The notes below the pieces were generated by a model. That model saw nothing but the letters and a program-made list of their open reading frames with translations, had not been told where the DNA came from and ran no database searches. Below, in pieces: positions 39,588-52,118 of a stretch of 64,000 nt of DNA. How positions within the stretch are numbered: the first letter of the stretch is position 1; each line of letters begins with the position of its first letter. The DNA is from Eledone cirrhosa (taxonomy: Eukaryota), in contig OZ024750.1 in the NCBI GenBank assembly GCA_964016885.1, positions 29,388,001 to 29,452,000 on the forward strand, written 5' to 3'. The translations under genes and the position numbers were made by a program.

Positions 39588-39953
39588 CATACATACACAC
39601 ATATATATATATCTTCCTGTTAGCCATAACTGGATTATAGAGGTAAAGGATGAGTACTGTCTTCAGTTTATTGTCTTTTTTTTATCAACATGATTATTGC
39701 ATTTCATGTTTACTTTCACTACCAACATCACATCACCAATCTGCTACCCCACCACCATCCATCTTTCACCCCACCCAACCACACCGCAACTTCACTCTTT
39801 CTGCCAGCCCGCCCCACACCACCACCCCTCTTTCTGCCACATTATCTGTTCATTGTTGATTATTAAATAAAGTTTGACAAACTGACATAAGAAATTAATT
39901 TTCAGAAACACCAGATTAATTTGTTGCAAAGAGAAGAAAATAATATGTATATG

Positions 39954-40011
<58 letters not shown>

Positions 40012-40659
40012 CATACACACACATATATATATGTGTGTATGTGTGTCACACACATATATATATGTGTGTATGTGTGTTTATATATACATACAAACACACA
40101 TACATACATATATATATACATACATACACTGACAATTATAAGCCCTAGTAATTATTTCCTTCAGTGCAGGAAGTATAAGTTTTTGAAACAAAGGGATTTT
40201 GGTTGTCTGGTGGATCTGGCCTACTCTGCCAGATGCCAGATATCTGCCTGTAAGTGTCTTTTTTCTAGGTTTACCATCAATAAATCTAATATCTTTTATC
40301 TCTTGACTATTTTATTTCATTTTATTTTTTAGAAGTAAGGGCACAGTTTATAAATGATGGCTCTATCATTTTGAATTTTATTTGGCAGTAAATGGGGGCA
40401 AAAATAGATACCAATTCATTTTCAAATTTCACCAAAATGGGGGAAGGGTGTGTGTGTGTGTGGTTCACTACTCCCACCTCTTCTCCCACTCCATGGCAGC
40501 ATTTTTGAGAGGGTGACATGTTAGGCCTATTGTATTGAAAAATATGTTGTGATGGGAGTGAAGACAAACTGAAGAACTGCTGTGAGTAATTGCACAAACT
40601 CTAGCCATGCCCCTGCTACTAATATAGGTACATTTATGGTATTTATTATTACAAAGGAT

Positions 40660-42170
40660 ATGGAAGTCAGATCTACCCAGAGAAATAAAAATAGCTTGCT
40701 TCAGAACATCTGTTGAGTAAGTGTTGTTGTATGGATCAGGTACATGGACCCTGACACAAGTATCACATATCATTGTTCAGAACATCTGTTGAGTCAGTGT
40801 TGTATGGATCAGGTACATGGACCCTGACACAAGTATCACATATCATTGTTCAGAACATCTGCTGAGTCAGTGTTGTTGTATGGATCAGGTACATGGACCC
40901 TGACACAAGTATCACATATCATTGTTCAGAACATCTGTTGAGTCAGTGTTGTTGTATGGATCAGGTACATGGACCCTGACACAAGTATCACATATCATTG
41001 TTCAGAACATCTGTTGAGTCAGTGTTGTATGGATCAGGTACGTGGACCCTGACACAAGTATCACATATCATTGTTCAGAACATCTGTTGAGTCAGTGTTG
41101 TTGTATGGATCAGGTACATGGACCCTGACACAAGTATCACATATCATTGTTCAGAACATCTGTTGAGTCAGTGTTGTATGGATCAGGTACGTGGACCCTG
41201 ACACAAGTATCACATATCATTGTTCAGAACATCTGTTGAGTCAGTGTTGTTGTATGGATCAGGTACATGGACCCTGACACAAGTATCACATATCATTGTT
41301 CAGAACATCTGTTGAGTCAGTGTTGTTGTATGGATCAGGTACATGGACCCTGACACAAGTATCACATATCATTGTTCAGAACATCTGTTGAGTCAGTGTT
41401 GTTGTATGGATCAGGTACATGGACCCTGACACAAGTATCACATATCATTGTTCAGAACATCTGTTGAGTCAGTGTTGTTGTATGGATCAGGTACATGGAC
41501 CCTGACACAAGTATCACATATCATTGTTCAGAACATCTGTTGAGTCAGTGTTGTTGTATGGATCATGTACATGGACCCTGACACAAGTATCACATATCAT
41601 TGTTCAGAACATCTGTTGAGTCAGTGTTGTTGTATGGATCATGTACATGGACCCTGACACAAGTATCACATATCATTGTTCAGAACATCTGTTGAGTCAG
41701 TGTTGTATGGATCAGGTACATGGACCCTGACACAAGTATCACATATCATTGTTCAGAACATCTGTTGAGTCAGTGTTGTTGTATGGATCAGGTATATGAA
41801 CCCTGTCACAAACACTTGAGAAGAAACTAGATGGTGCATACACTGAAATGCTTAGGGTTGTACAAAACAGAAACTGGTGTCAATGAAAGTTTATACGGAA
41901 ACTTGTCTAAGATAACAACTACAATTGTTGAAAGACAGTTTCGATTTGCAGGACATTGCTGGAGAAGTAATCAGGAATTTAAACTCAAGCCACTATAGTG
42001 GGAACCAACTCATGGGAGATGCAGTAGAGGAAGACCTGCTTGAACCTTCATCGATCAACTCTCAGATGATACAAACTTCAGTAGGGAGCAGTTGCCAGGA
42101 GTAATGGAAAATCATGAATTGTAAAGGACTTTGTCAGGAATGTTTTACTGTGGTTGCAATGATGATGATT
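40660..42170 (+). mobile_element. RTE-like LINE C-terminal remnant containing a tandem expansion
   Basis: WKSDLPREIKIACFRTSVE...LEKKLDGAYTEMLRVVQNRNW...RFAGHCWR, with GATGATGAT tail. Confidence 0.8.
40700..41810 (+). repeat. 76/73-bp minisatellite derived from LINE coding sequence, about 15 copies
   Basis: Unit encodes FRTSVESVLLYGSGTWTLTQ plus about 16 nt of filler. Confidence 0.93.
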
Positions 42171-43109
42171 ACCTGTTGAATGGTGAAATATTGAATTGAG
42201 AGGAGTTTGGGGGCAAAGCAAGTGTAATGTAAGTTAGAAATGCAACAGTAAAATCTAGAGTAAAGTAAAAAAAAAAAAAAGAGAACAGTTCACATTTTTA
42301 CCTAATGTTTTATTTTTGAGATTATCACACTCCATTTCCTTTCTTTTGAAAATGGGATCTTAACCTCAAAATATCACAAAATATAAGGTAAACATGGGAA
42401 CTATTGTTTTGTTTTTCTTACTTTTTCTAGTTTTCACTCTTATATTTATTAGTTTTTGTTTTGAACTGTTTTCGTTTTACATCTGAAAAGAGGGTAAAAG
42501 CCCTAAAATATCATGTTGAAATATATTGGGTAAAATAGTACTTTGTTTTGTTTATTTGTCACCTTTTGGCCTTTATGTATTTCTACCACATTGTACCAGC
42601 TTTCTGAAATACTTAGTCTTGTATTCTTAATTCCATTGTACCAGTTTTCTCTAAACAATTATAACCACATATCTTACAATTCTTTATATAAATTATACTA
42701 AATTGAGACATTCACCCATCGAAGTTTGAAGTCAAATTACTTGACCGAGAAATACAGGAACAACAACAACACAAATGAAATCTAACATTTTGTTGTGTTA
42801 GTTGTATCCCATAGTTATATCCCTTTTAACTATGACTAATCTAGATAGGAAACAGATGCTTGGATTGTCTAGTTTTGTTGTTGGGTCATTTATCTAGGCT
42901 TAATGTTGCTTAACTTCAATAGCAGTTATACAAGAACTAATATTTACATTGTCATCTATCTATAGGTCATTGATTTTTTAAACTTTTTTTATAGTAACTA
43001 ATAAAAAAAACTGAGGTAGTAAATTAACTGAGTCGTTAGAACATCAGATAGAATATTTAGGGTAGTTATCAATGATGAATAAACTGGTTGGAGCAATAAC
43101 AGCCTTGTT

Positions 43110-43140
<31 letters not shown>

Positions 43141-43567
43141 ACACCCTACCAGCCCACACTGTACAGTAGTCGTGTAGGTGTCACAACAAAAAGTACCCTG
43201 TCCACACTGTAAATGTGGTTGGCATTAGGAAGGGCATCCAGCTGTAGAAACCAACTCAAAATTAGTTCAGTATGAGCAAGACTCGGTTATCTGATCTGGC
43301 TTGTCTCACAACTGGACAACTCGTCTAACTCATGCATGGAAAAATGGACATTAAATGGTGATGATGAAGATGATGTTTAAATATATATTATATATATATA
43401 TATATTGGGTTGTAACATAAATTCCCGCCGTTGTTATAATTTGTTTGTTTTCACTCTATTTTTTCTTGTTTGGCTTAGTGAATATAGTCATAATTTGTTT
43501 GAATAATTTGTTTGAATAATTTGTTTGAATAACTTAATTTTACTTTTTTTTTTTTGTAGCATTTGAA

Positions 43568-44613
43568 ATGGAAATTCTGGGAGGCAGAAAAAAACATTTT
43601 AGACACTTGCTTTATTTCGCTTTTCGCCAGAATCAAAAAGCCACCGAAGCAGCTCGGGATATTTGCGCCATTTACAGAGAGGATGCTATAGTTGCGAGGA
43701 CTGCTTGAGATTGGTTTGCCAAATTCAAAAATGGCAACTTCGACCTGGATGACGCGCCTCGCTCTGGACGACCTACCGAGTTCGACTAAGACCATTTGAA
43801 GGCGCTTTTGAAAGAAGACGGTCGCCAAACATGCAGAGAATTGGCCGAGAAGATGAACAGCAATGCAATGACAATCTCCCGCCACCTTCAATTAATTGGT
43901 TTTACTCAAAAACTTGGAGCTTGGGTGCCACACGAGCTTACCGAAAACAACAAAAAAAATCGCCTTCAAATTGCTGCTCAACATCTCGCCCGACACCGAG
44001 CAGCACGCGGCCTCAAGCAACGATTCTTATACGGTATTGTCACAGGAGATGAGAAATGGTGTCTCTACGTCAATATGAAGCAAAGTAAGGAGAGGGTGGC
44101 TTCAGGAGACATGCCAAAGCCAAGAGTTAAGAAAGACCTCCATCCCCAAAAGACCATGATCTGCGTTTGGTGAGACTGGGAGGGTCTTGTGCACTGGGAG
44201 ATGCTTGAGAAAAACAAAACGGTCAACAAGAATCTCTACATAGCCCAATTACGTTGTGTAAATGAGGCTATCCAACAGAAAAGATCCCATCGATAAGGCC
44301 AAGTTATCCTGCTCCACGACAATGCCAAGCCCCACGTTGCAAACATCATCAAAGCTGCCCTCCAAGAGCTCAATTGGGAGGTTCTTCAGCACCCACCGTA
44401 TTCTCCGGATCTTGCGCCATCGATTATCATCTTTTCCACTCATTGTCGAACCAAATGAGAGGTGTAACCTTCGACAATGATGAGGACCTTGCAAATTGGC
44501 TTAACAACTTCTTCGAGTCAAGGTCTGGCGATTTCTGGCGAAATGGCATCAATACATTGGTCGATAGGTGGGAGCAGGTCCTAAACATTGACGGAGAATA
44601 CGTACTTGACTAA
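43568..44613 (+). pseudogene. mariner (DD34D-type) transposase pseudogene
   Basis: Motifs WVPHEL, IVTGDEKW, LHDNAKPH, YSPDLAP..DYHLF, interrupted by stops and frameshifts. Confidence 0.93.
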
Positions 44614-44635
44614 TTTGTTGTTATTATTCTTATTA

Positions 44636-44822
44636 GGGCGGTGAATTGGCAGTATCGGTAGAGGGTTGGACGCCATGCTTTCTAGCATAGTTACGTCCCT
44701 TTACAGTCTGAGTTCAAATCCCGCCGAGGTTAACTTTGCCTTTCATCCTTACGGGGTCGATAAAATAAAGTACCAGTAATGTACTGGATAATTGCTGGCC
44801 TTGTGCCAAAGTAGAAACAATT
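44636..44822 (+). mobile_element. OK-like SINE inserted in the mariner 3' UTR
   Basis: Full monomer with 13-bp TSD ATTATTCTTATTA. Confidence 0.92.
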
Positions 44823-44902
44823 ATTCTTATTATTTTCAATAAAACTTCTTAATAAAAAAAACGGCGGGAATTTATGTTACAACCTAATATATATGTGTGT
44901 GT

Positions 44903-45047
44903 GAGTCCCGGATTCAATCAGGGATAACCACAGTAATTAAGGTACTCAATACATTAGTAGAGTGTATACAATAAGCTTTTGCTGATGATTTCCTTCGAAT
45001 GAAATAGTTCTAGTCATGTAGAAGTCATTTCTATATTAAATCTTATT
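44903..45047. mobile_element. Short microsatellite-flanked element with degenerate hammerhead
   Basis: Inverted tail (GGTACTCAATAC) then CTGATGA(44982)-TTTC..GAAT-GAAA. Stems I and III are imperfect. Homologous to 55334-55447. Confidence 0.55.
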
Positions 45048-45236
45048 ATATATATATATATCATCATCATCATCATTTAACGTCCATCTTGCTTGCTAGC
45101 ATGGGTTGGACGGTTTTGTCCCACTTGAGGCGAGAATGGTCGGGAGACTGTGTCTTGCTTGTACAGAACTGTTTCTGGCAGGTTTTCTACGGCTGAATGC
45201 CCTTCCTAACACTAGGAGCCTTTTTACTGTGTCGCT

Positions 45237-47325
45237 TACACGACCACTTTACAGTGTGGACTGGGTGCTTTTTGTCGTGACACCTACACGACCACTTTAC
45301 AGTGTAGACTGGGTGCTTTTTGTCGTGACACCTACACGACCACTTTACAGTGTAGACTGGGTGCTTTTTGTCGTGACACCTACACGACCACTTTACAGTG
45401 TGGACTGGGTGCTTTTTGTCGTGTCACCTACACGACCACTTTACAGTGTGGACTGGGTGCTTTTTGTCGTGTCACCTACACGACCACTTTACAGTGTGGA
45501 CTGGGTGCTTTTTGTCATGACACCTACACGACCACTTTACAGTGTAGACTGGGTGCTTTTTGTCATGACACCTACACGACCACTTTACAGTGTGGACTGG
45601 GTGCTTTTTGTCGTGTCACCTACACGACCACTTTACAGTGTGGACTGGGTGCTTTTTGTCGTGTCACCTACACGACCACTTTACAGTGTGGACTGGGTGC
45701 TTTTTGTCGTGACACCTACACGACCACTTTACAGTGTGGACTGGGTGCTTTTTGTCGTGTCACCTACACGACCACTTTACAGTGTGGACTGGGTGTTTTT
45801 GTCGTGACACCTACACGACCACTTTACAGTGTGGACTGGGTGCTTTTTGTCGTGTCACCTACACGACCACTTTACAGTGTGGACTGGGTGCTTTTTGTCG
45901 TGTCACCTACACGACCACTTTACAGTGTGGACTGGGTGCTTTTTGTCGTGTCACCTACACGACCACTTTACAGTGTGGACTGGGTGCTTTTTGTCGTGTC
46001 ACCTACACGACCACTTTACAGTGTGGACTGGGTGCTTTTTGTCGTGTCACCTACACGACCACTTTACAGTGTGGACTGGGTGTTTTTGTCGTGACACCTA
46101 CACGACCACTTTACAGTGTGGACTGGGTGCTTTTTGTCGTGTCACCTACACGACCACTTTACAGTGTGGACTGGGTGCTTTTTGTCGTGTCACCTACACG
46201 ACCACTTTACAGTGTGGACTGGGTGCTTTTTGTCGTGTCACCTACACGACTACTTTACAGTGTGGACTGGGTGCTTTTTGTCGTGTCACCTACACGACCA
46301 CTTTACAGTGTGGACTGGGTGCTTTTTGTCGTGTCACCTACACGACCACTTTACAGTGTGGACTGGGTGCTTTTTGTCGTGTCACCTACACGACCACTTT
46401 ACAGTGTGGACTGGGTGCTTTTTGTCGTGTCACCTACACGACCACTTTACAGTGTGGACTGGGTGCTTTTTGTCGTGTCACCTACACGACCACTTTACAG
46501 TGTGGACTGGGTGCTTTTTGTCGTGTCACCTACACGACCACTTTACAGTGTGGACTGGGTGCTTTTTGTCGTGTCACCTACACGACCACTTTACAGTGTG
46601 GACTGGGTGCTTTTTGTCGTGTCACCTACACGACCACTTTACAGTGTAGACTGGGTGCTTTTTGTCGTGTCACCTACACGACCACTTCACAGTGTGGACT
46701 GGGTGCTTTTTGTCGTGTCACCTACACGACCACTTTACGGTGTGGACTGGGTGCTTTTTGTCGTGACACCTACACGACCACTTTACAGTGTGGACTGGGT
46801 GCTTTTTTTTCGTGTCACCTACACGACCACTTTACAGTGTGGACTGGGTGCTTTTTGTCGCGTCACCTACACGACCATTTTACAGTGTAGACTGGGTGCT
46901 TTTTGTCGTGACACCTACACGACCACTTTACAGTGTGGACTGGGTGCTTTTTGTCGTGACACCTACACGACCACTTTACAGTGTAGACTGGGTGCTTTTT
47001 GTCGTGTCACCTACACGACCACTTTACAGTGTGGACTGGGTGCTTTTTGTCGTGTCACCTACACGACAACTTTACAGTGTGGACTGGGTGCTTTTTGTCG
47101 TGACACCTACACGACCACTTTACAGTGTGGACTGGGTGCTTTTTTTTCGTGTCACCTACACGACCACTTTACAGTGTGGACTGGGTGCTTTTTGTCGTGA
47201 CACCTACACGACCACTTTACAGTGTGGACTGGGTGCTTTTTGTCGTGACACCTACACGACCACTTTACAGTGTGGACTGGGTGCTTTTTGTCGTGACACC
47301 TACACGACCACTTTATAGTGTGGAC
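45237..47325. repeat. 48-bp minisatellite (about 43 copies) expanded from a SINE/RTE-associated unit
   Basis: CACGACCACTTTACAGTGTGGACTGGGTGCTTTTTGTCGTGTCACCTA, directly continuing a minus-strand element starting at about 45060. Confidence 0.95.
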
Positions 47326-47649
47326 ATATATATATATATTTAGGTTTTGTAAAGCTAATGTTGAAACGTGAGGAGATAATTAGTCTATTGGGTATAACAT
47401 CTATAAGGATGTATTCATAGAATAAATCTGTTACTGATTATATAGTGAGGATGACAACCAGGAAAACCATCTTTTATTCATGATTAACCTGCTCATATAA
47501 CTGATAGAAACTTTATCTTCTATTAGCTAATCAACTATATTTTCTTCAAAACTCATGAAATTCCAGTGGGCCACTGTGCGTATCATTAATTTCTGTAGCA
47601 TTAAGTGTCAGATAAATGAGATGTCCTTGACTGAATAGGACAACAACGA

Positions 47650-48215
47650 CATCATCACCACCACCACAACCACCACCACCACCATTATCACCACCACCAC
47701 CATTATCACCACTACCATCATTATCATCACCATGATGATGATGATCATCATCATCGCCACCACCGCAACCACCACCACCACCACCACCACCACCATTATC
47801 ACCACTACCATCATTATCATCACCATGATGATGATCATCATCTTCATCGTCACCACCACCACCACTACCATCATCACCATGATCATGATCACTACCACCA
47901 CCATGGTCATGATCATGATCATGATCACCATCATCATCACCACCACTACAACCACCATCACCACCACTACCATCATCATGATCATCATCATCATCACCAC
48001 CGCCGCTACCATCATCACCATGATCATGATCACTACCACCACCATGATCATGATCATGATCATCATCACCACCGCTACCATCATCACCATCATCATGATC
48101 ACCATCACCATCACCACCACTACCATCATGATCATCCCCACCATCACCACCACTACCATCATCACCATCATCATGATCACGATCACCATCACCATCACCA
48201 TCATCACCACCACCA
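47650..48215. repeat. (CAT/CAC)n trinucleotide mosaic
   Basis: Simple repeat; similar reverse tract at about 23885-24232. Confidence 0.9.
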
Positions 48216-48284
48216 TTTTAGCATGGTTTCTATAGCTAGATGTCCTTCTTAACACTAACCATGTTACAGTGGTATGTACTAGAC

Positions 48285-49230
48285 CAGTGCTACTCAAAGT
48301 GGTGGTCCGTGGACCGGTGCCGGTACGCGAGCCATCAGCTACCGGTACGCGGCCACTGTCCAGGCCATGCTAAGGAATCATTTGAAGAATTTTTTTTATT
48401 ACTTTTTTATATGTTTTGATATTGTATTATTTCTTTACAAAATAAATAGAAGATACAAAAATGGTCAACTATTATTATATTCATTATGGCGGTGGATTAG
48501 CAGTATCAGTGGAGGGTCAGACACCATGCTTTCCAGCATAGTTACGTCCCTTTACGATCTGAGTTCAAATCCCGCCGAGGTTGACTTTGCTTTTCATCCT
48601 TACGGGGTCGATAAAATAAAGTACCAGTAATGCACTGGGGTAATTGCTGGCCTTGTGCCTAAAAGTAGAAACAATTAATAGGGCGGTGGATTGGCAGTAT
48701 CGGTAGAGGGTCGGACGCCATGATTTCCAGCATAGTTACGTCCCTTTACGATCTGAGTTCAAATCCCGCCGAGGTTGACTTTGCCTTTCATCCTTACGGG
48801 GGTCGATAAAATAAAGTACCAGTAATGCACTGGGTAATTGCTGGCCTTGTGCCTAAAAGTAGAAACAATTAATAAGGCGGTGGATTGGCAGTATCGGTAG
48901 AGGGTCAGATGCCATGCTTTGACGCATAGTTACGGCCCTTGCCATTCTGAGTTCAAATCCCGCCGAGGTTGACTTTGCCTTTCATCCTTACGGGGGTCGA
49001 TAAAATAAAGTACCAGTAATGCACTGGGTAATTGCTGGCCTTGTGCCTAAAGTAGAAACAATTATTTCTTTACAAAATAAATAGAAGATACAAAAATGGT
49101 CAACTATTATTATATTCATTATAGATATCGTTTCCGGTATAAATTAATATTACTACGAAATATTAGCGGTACGTGGCACATTGAAAAAAAAAATGCCAGT
49201 CGGCCACATCAGGTAGTTTGAGAAGCACTG
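48285..49230. mobile_element. hAT-type MITE hosting the SINE trimer
   Basis: TIRs CAGTGCTACTCAAA / TTTGAGAAGCACTG; 8-bp TSD TACTAGAC/TACTAGAT. Confidence 0.85.
48488..49063 (+). mobile_element. Head-to-tail trimer of OK-like SINEs
   Basis: Three monomers of about 190 bp (GGCGGTGGATT...AGAAACAATT) joined by AATA, flanked by a 62-bp direct repeat. Confidence 0.92.
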
Positions 49231-49260
49231 TACTAGATGACAAATTGACAGTCATTATCA

Positions 49261-49440
49261 GTGAATTGGCAGTATCAGTAGAGGGTCAGACATGCTTTCC
49301 AGTGAAGTTACGTCCCTTTACGATCTGAGTTCAAATCCCGCCGAGGTTAACTTTGCCTTTCATCCTTACGGGGTCGATAAAATAAAGTACCAGTAATACA
49401 CTGGGTAATTGCTGGCCTTGTGCCAAAAGTAGAAACAATT
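49261..49440 (+). mobile_element. OK-like SINE
   Basis: TSD ATTATCAG. Confidence 0.88.
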
Positions 49441-49964
49441 ATCAGATAAAATTATTTGCAATATTTGCTCCAGCTCACAACATTCAGTGTTCAAATCCAA
49501 CTAAAGTTAGCTCTATTTATCATCCTTTTACCACCTTCTTCTTCTTCTTCTTCTTCTTTGCCTTCTTCTCTGCTTTCTTCTCCTTCTTTGCCTTCTTCTT
49601 CTTCTTCTTCTTCTTCTTCTTTGCCTTCTTCTCCTTCTTTGCCTCCTTCTTCCCACTTATTCCTGAGAGGGTCACGGGGGGGGGGGGGGGGGGGGGGGGG
49701 GCAGAGTCCTCAAACACTCTTTCCAGTGTGTCCTGCCAGAAGCAACCGTATCCAAGCAAGACTAGTCGGATTAGAGATTCTTCTTCTTCTCCTCCTCCTC
49801 TCCTTCTTCTTCTTCTCTCCTTCTTCTTCTTCTCAGTCACTTTCCCTCATTTTCACAGATAATTACACTCTTGTACTCCTCACATCAACATTCCTTCACT
49901 CTCGCGGACTTCATAATAACACAGATCTAATACATTTAGTACTTAGCTAATAGTAATACAGCTC

Positions 49965-50895
49965 TAATACACAGTACACATTACCTAGTTAATAGTTGAT
50001 AGTAACAGCTCTAATATGTTATAGTACATATTATCTTGTTAATAGTTGATAGTAACACAGCTCTAATATAATATAGTAGTTATTTCCTAGTTGATAGTAA
50101 CACTGCTCTAATACACATATAGTAGTTATTACCTAGTTAATAGTAACACAGCTCTAATATATTATAGTAGTTATTACCTTGTTAATTTTAACACAGCTCT
50201 AATGCACATATAGTAGTTATTACCTAGTTGATAGTAACACAGCTCTAATACACATATAATAGTTATTACCTAGTTAATAGTAACACAGATCTAATATATT
50301 ATAGTAGTTATTACCTTGTTAATTTTAACACAGCTCTAATGCACATATAGTAGTTATTACCTAGTTGATAGTAACACAGCTCTAACACATATATAGTAGT
50401 TATTACCTAGTTGATAGTAACACAGCTCTAATACATATATAGTCGTTATTACCTAGTTGATAATAACACAGCTCTAATACATTACCTAGTTGATAGTAAC
50501 ACAGCTCTAAAACATATATAGTAGTTATTACCTAGTTGATAGTAACACAGCTCTAAAACATATATAGTAGTTATTACCTAGTTGATAGTAACACAGCTCT
50601 AAAACATATATAGTAGTTATTACCTAGTTGATAATAACACAGCTCTAAAACATATATAGTAGTTATTACCTAGTTGATAATAACACAGCTCTAATACATA
50701 TATAGTAGTTATTACCTAGTTGATAGTAACACAGCTCTAATACATATATAGTAGTTATTAGCTAGTTGATAGTAGCACAGCTTTAATACACATATAATAG
50801 TTATTAGCTAGTTGATAGTAGCACAGCTTTAATACACATATAATAGTTATTAGCTAGTTGATAGTAGCACAGCTTTAATACACATATAGATAGTT
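49965..50895. repeat. AT-rich minisatellite of about 45 bp, array 1
   Basis: GTAACACAGCTCTAATACATATATAGTAGTTATTACCTAGTTGATA. Confidence 0.9.
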
Positions 50896-51105
50896 ATTTA
50901 TTGTTTATTAAGAAAATTTTCCTTATCAATGTTATCTACATGACTGAGAAAATATCAGTGAGAGTTTCTGCTACTAATGTACTTTGATAATTCTGTTATC
51001 TTCTTCATTTTCAATGACAACAACATAAAACTGACAGTTTATTAAGAAAATATGACTAGATGCAATGTTATAAGTTAGTGGCTTAATTTCTGGTGACAAA
51101 TTTAA

Positions 51106-51356
51106 CACTTTAGCATTTAAACCCACTGTATCTGGCCAAAATTCTCTCACCTCTTTCTGTTCAAACCGGCTGTAACTGGCTGCAGATACTGATGATAAGG
51201 TATTGTTTCTAAAAATAAATAATATCAAAATCTCATAGATTCTATATTATATGAGGTAAGTATATTATATTAGAGCTGTGTTTACTATCAACTATTAATT
51301 CAGTAATAACTACTAAAATATAATAGTAAATATAGAGTAATGTAAATGGTAATGGG
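51106..51356. mobile_element. piggyBac-type MITE with templated insertion
   Basis: TTAA flanks; about 58 bp of inverted neighbouring minisatellite inserted at about 51258-51315. Confidence 0.8.
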
Positions 51357-51424
51357 TTAAAAAATCACAGTAAATATTTGTATGTAGAAGATGTAGTGGG
51401 GTAATCAATGGGAAGAGTGTCAGT

Positions 51425-52118
51425 GATAGTAACACACCTCTAAAACATATATAGAATGTTATTACCTACTTGATAGTAATACATATCTAATACACATAGT
51501 ACATATCATCTAGTTAATAGTTGATAGTAACACAGCTCTAATATAATATAGTAGTTATTACTGAGTTAATAGTAACACAGCTCTAATATAATATAGTACT
51601 TATTACTGAGTTAATAGTAATACAGCTCTAATATAATATAGTACTTATTACTGAGTTAATAGTAATACAGCTCTAATATAATATAGTACTTATTACTGAG
51701 TTAATAGTAATACAGCTCTAATATAATATAGTACTTATTACTGAGTTAATAGTAACACAGCTCCTATATAATATAGTACTTATTACTGAGTTAATAGTAA
51801 CACAGCTCTAATATAATATAGTACTTATTACTGAGTTAATAGTAACACAGCTCTAATATAATATACTACTTATTACTGAGTTAATAGTAACACAGCTCCT
51901 ATATAATATAGTACTTATTACTGAGTTAATAGTAATACAGCTCTAATATAATATAGTAGTTATTACTGAGTTAATAGTAACACAGCTCTAATATAATATA
52001 GTACTTATTACTGAGTTAATAGTTGATAGTAAACACAGCTCTAATATAATATAGTACTTATCATTGAGTTAATAGTTGATAGTAACACAGCCCTAATGCA
52101 CGTAGTAGTTATTACCTA
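51425..52118. repeat. AT-rich 45-bp minisatellite, array 2
   Basis: GTAACACAGCTCTAATATAATATAGTACTTATTACTGAGTTAATA. Confidence 0.9.

Larger units (their letters stand above)
43405..44887 (+). mobile_element. Full-length mariner transposon, decayed
   Basis: About 28-bp TIRs TTGGGTTGTAACATAAATTCCCGCCGTT / AACGGCGGGAATTTATGTTACAACCTAA with TA TSD. Confidence 0.95.

Noticed and set aside
39055-40332. YI/CV-rich ORFs here and throughout the window
   Set aside because: (TA)n and (CA)n microsatellite artefacts.
45106-47343. Long ORFs up to 488 aa
   Set aside because: Translations of a stop-free 48-bp tandem unit, open in several frames.
47608-48297. Met/Val/Ile/Thr-rich ORFs
   Set aside because: Trinucleotide repeat translation.
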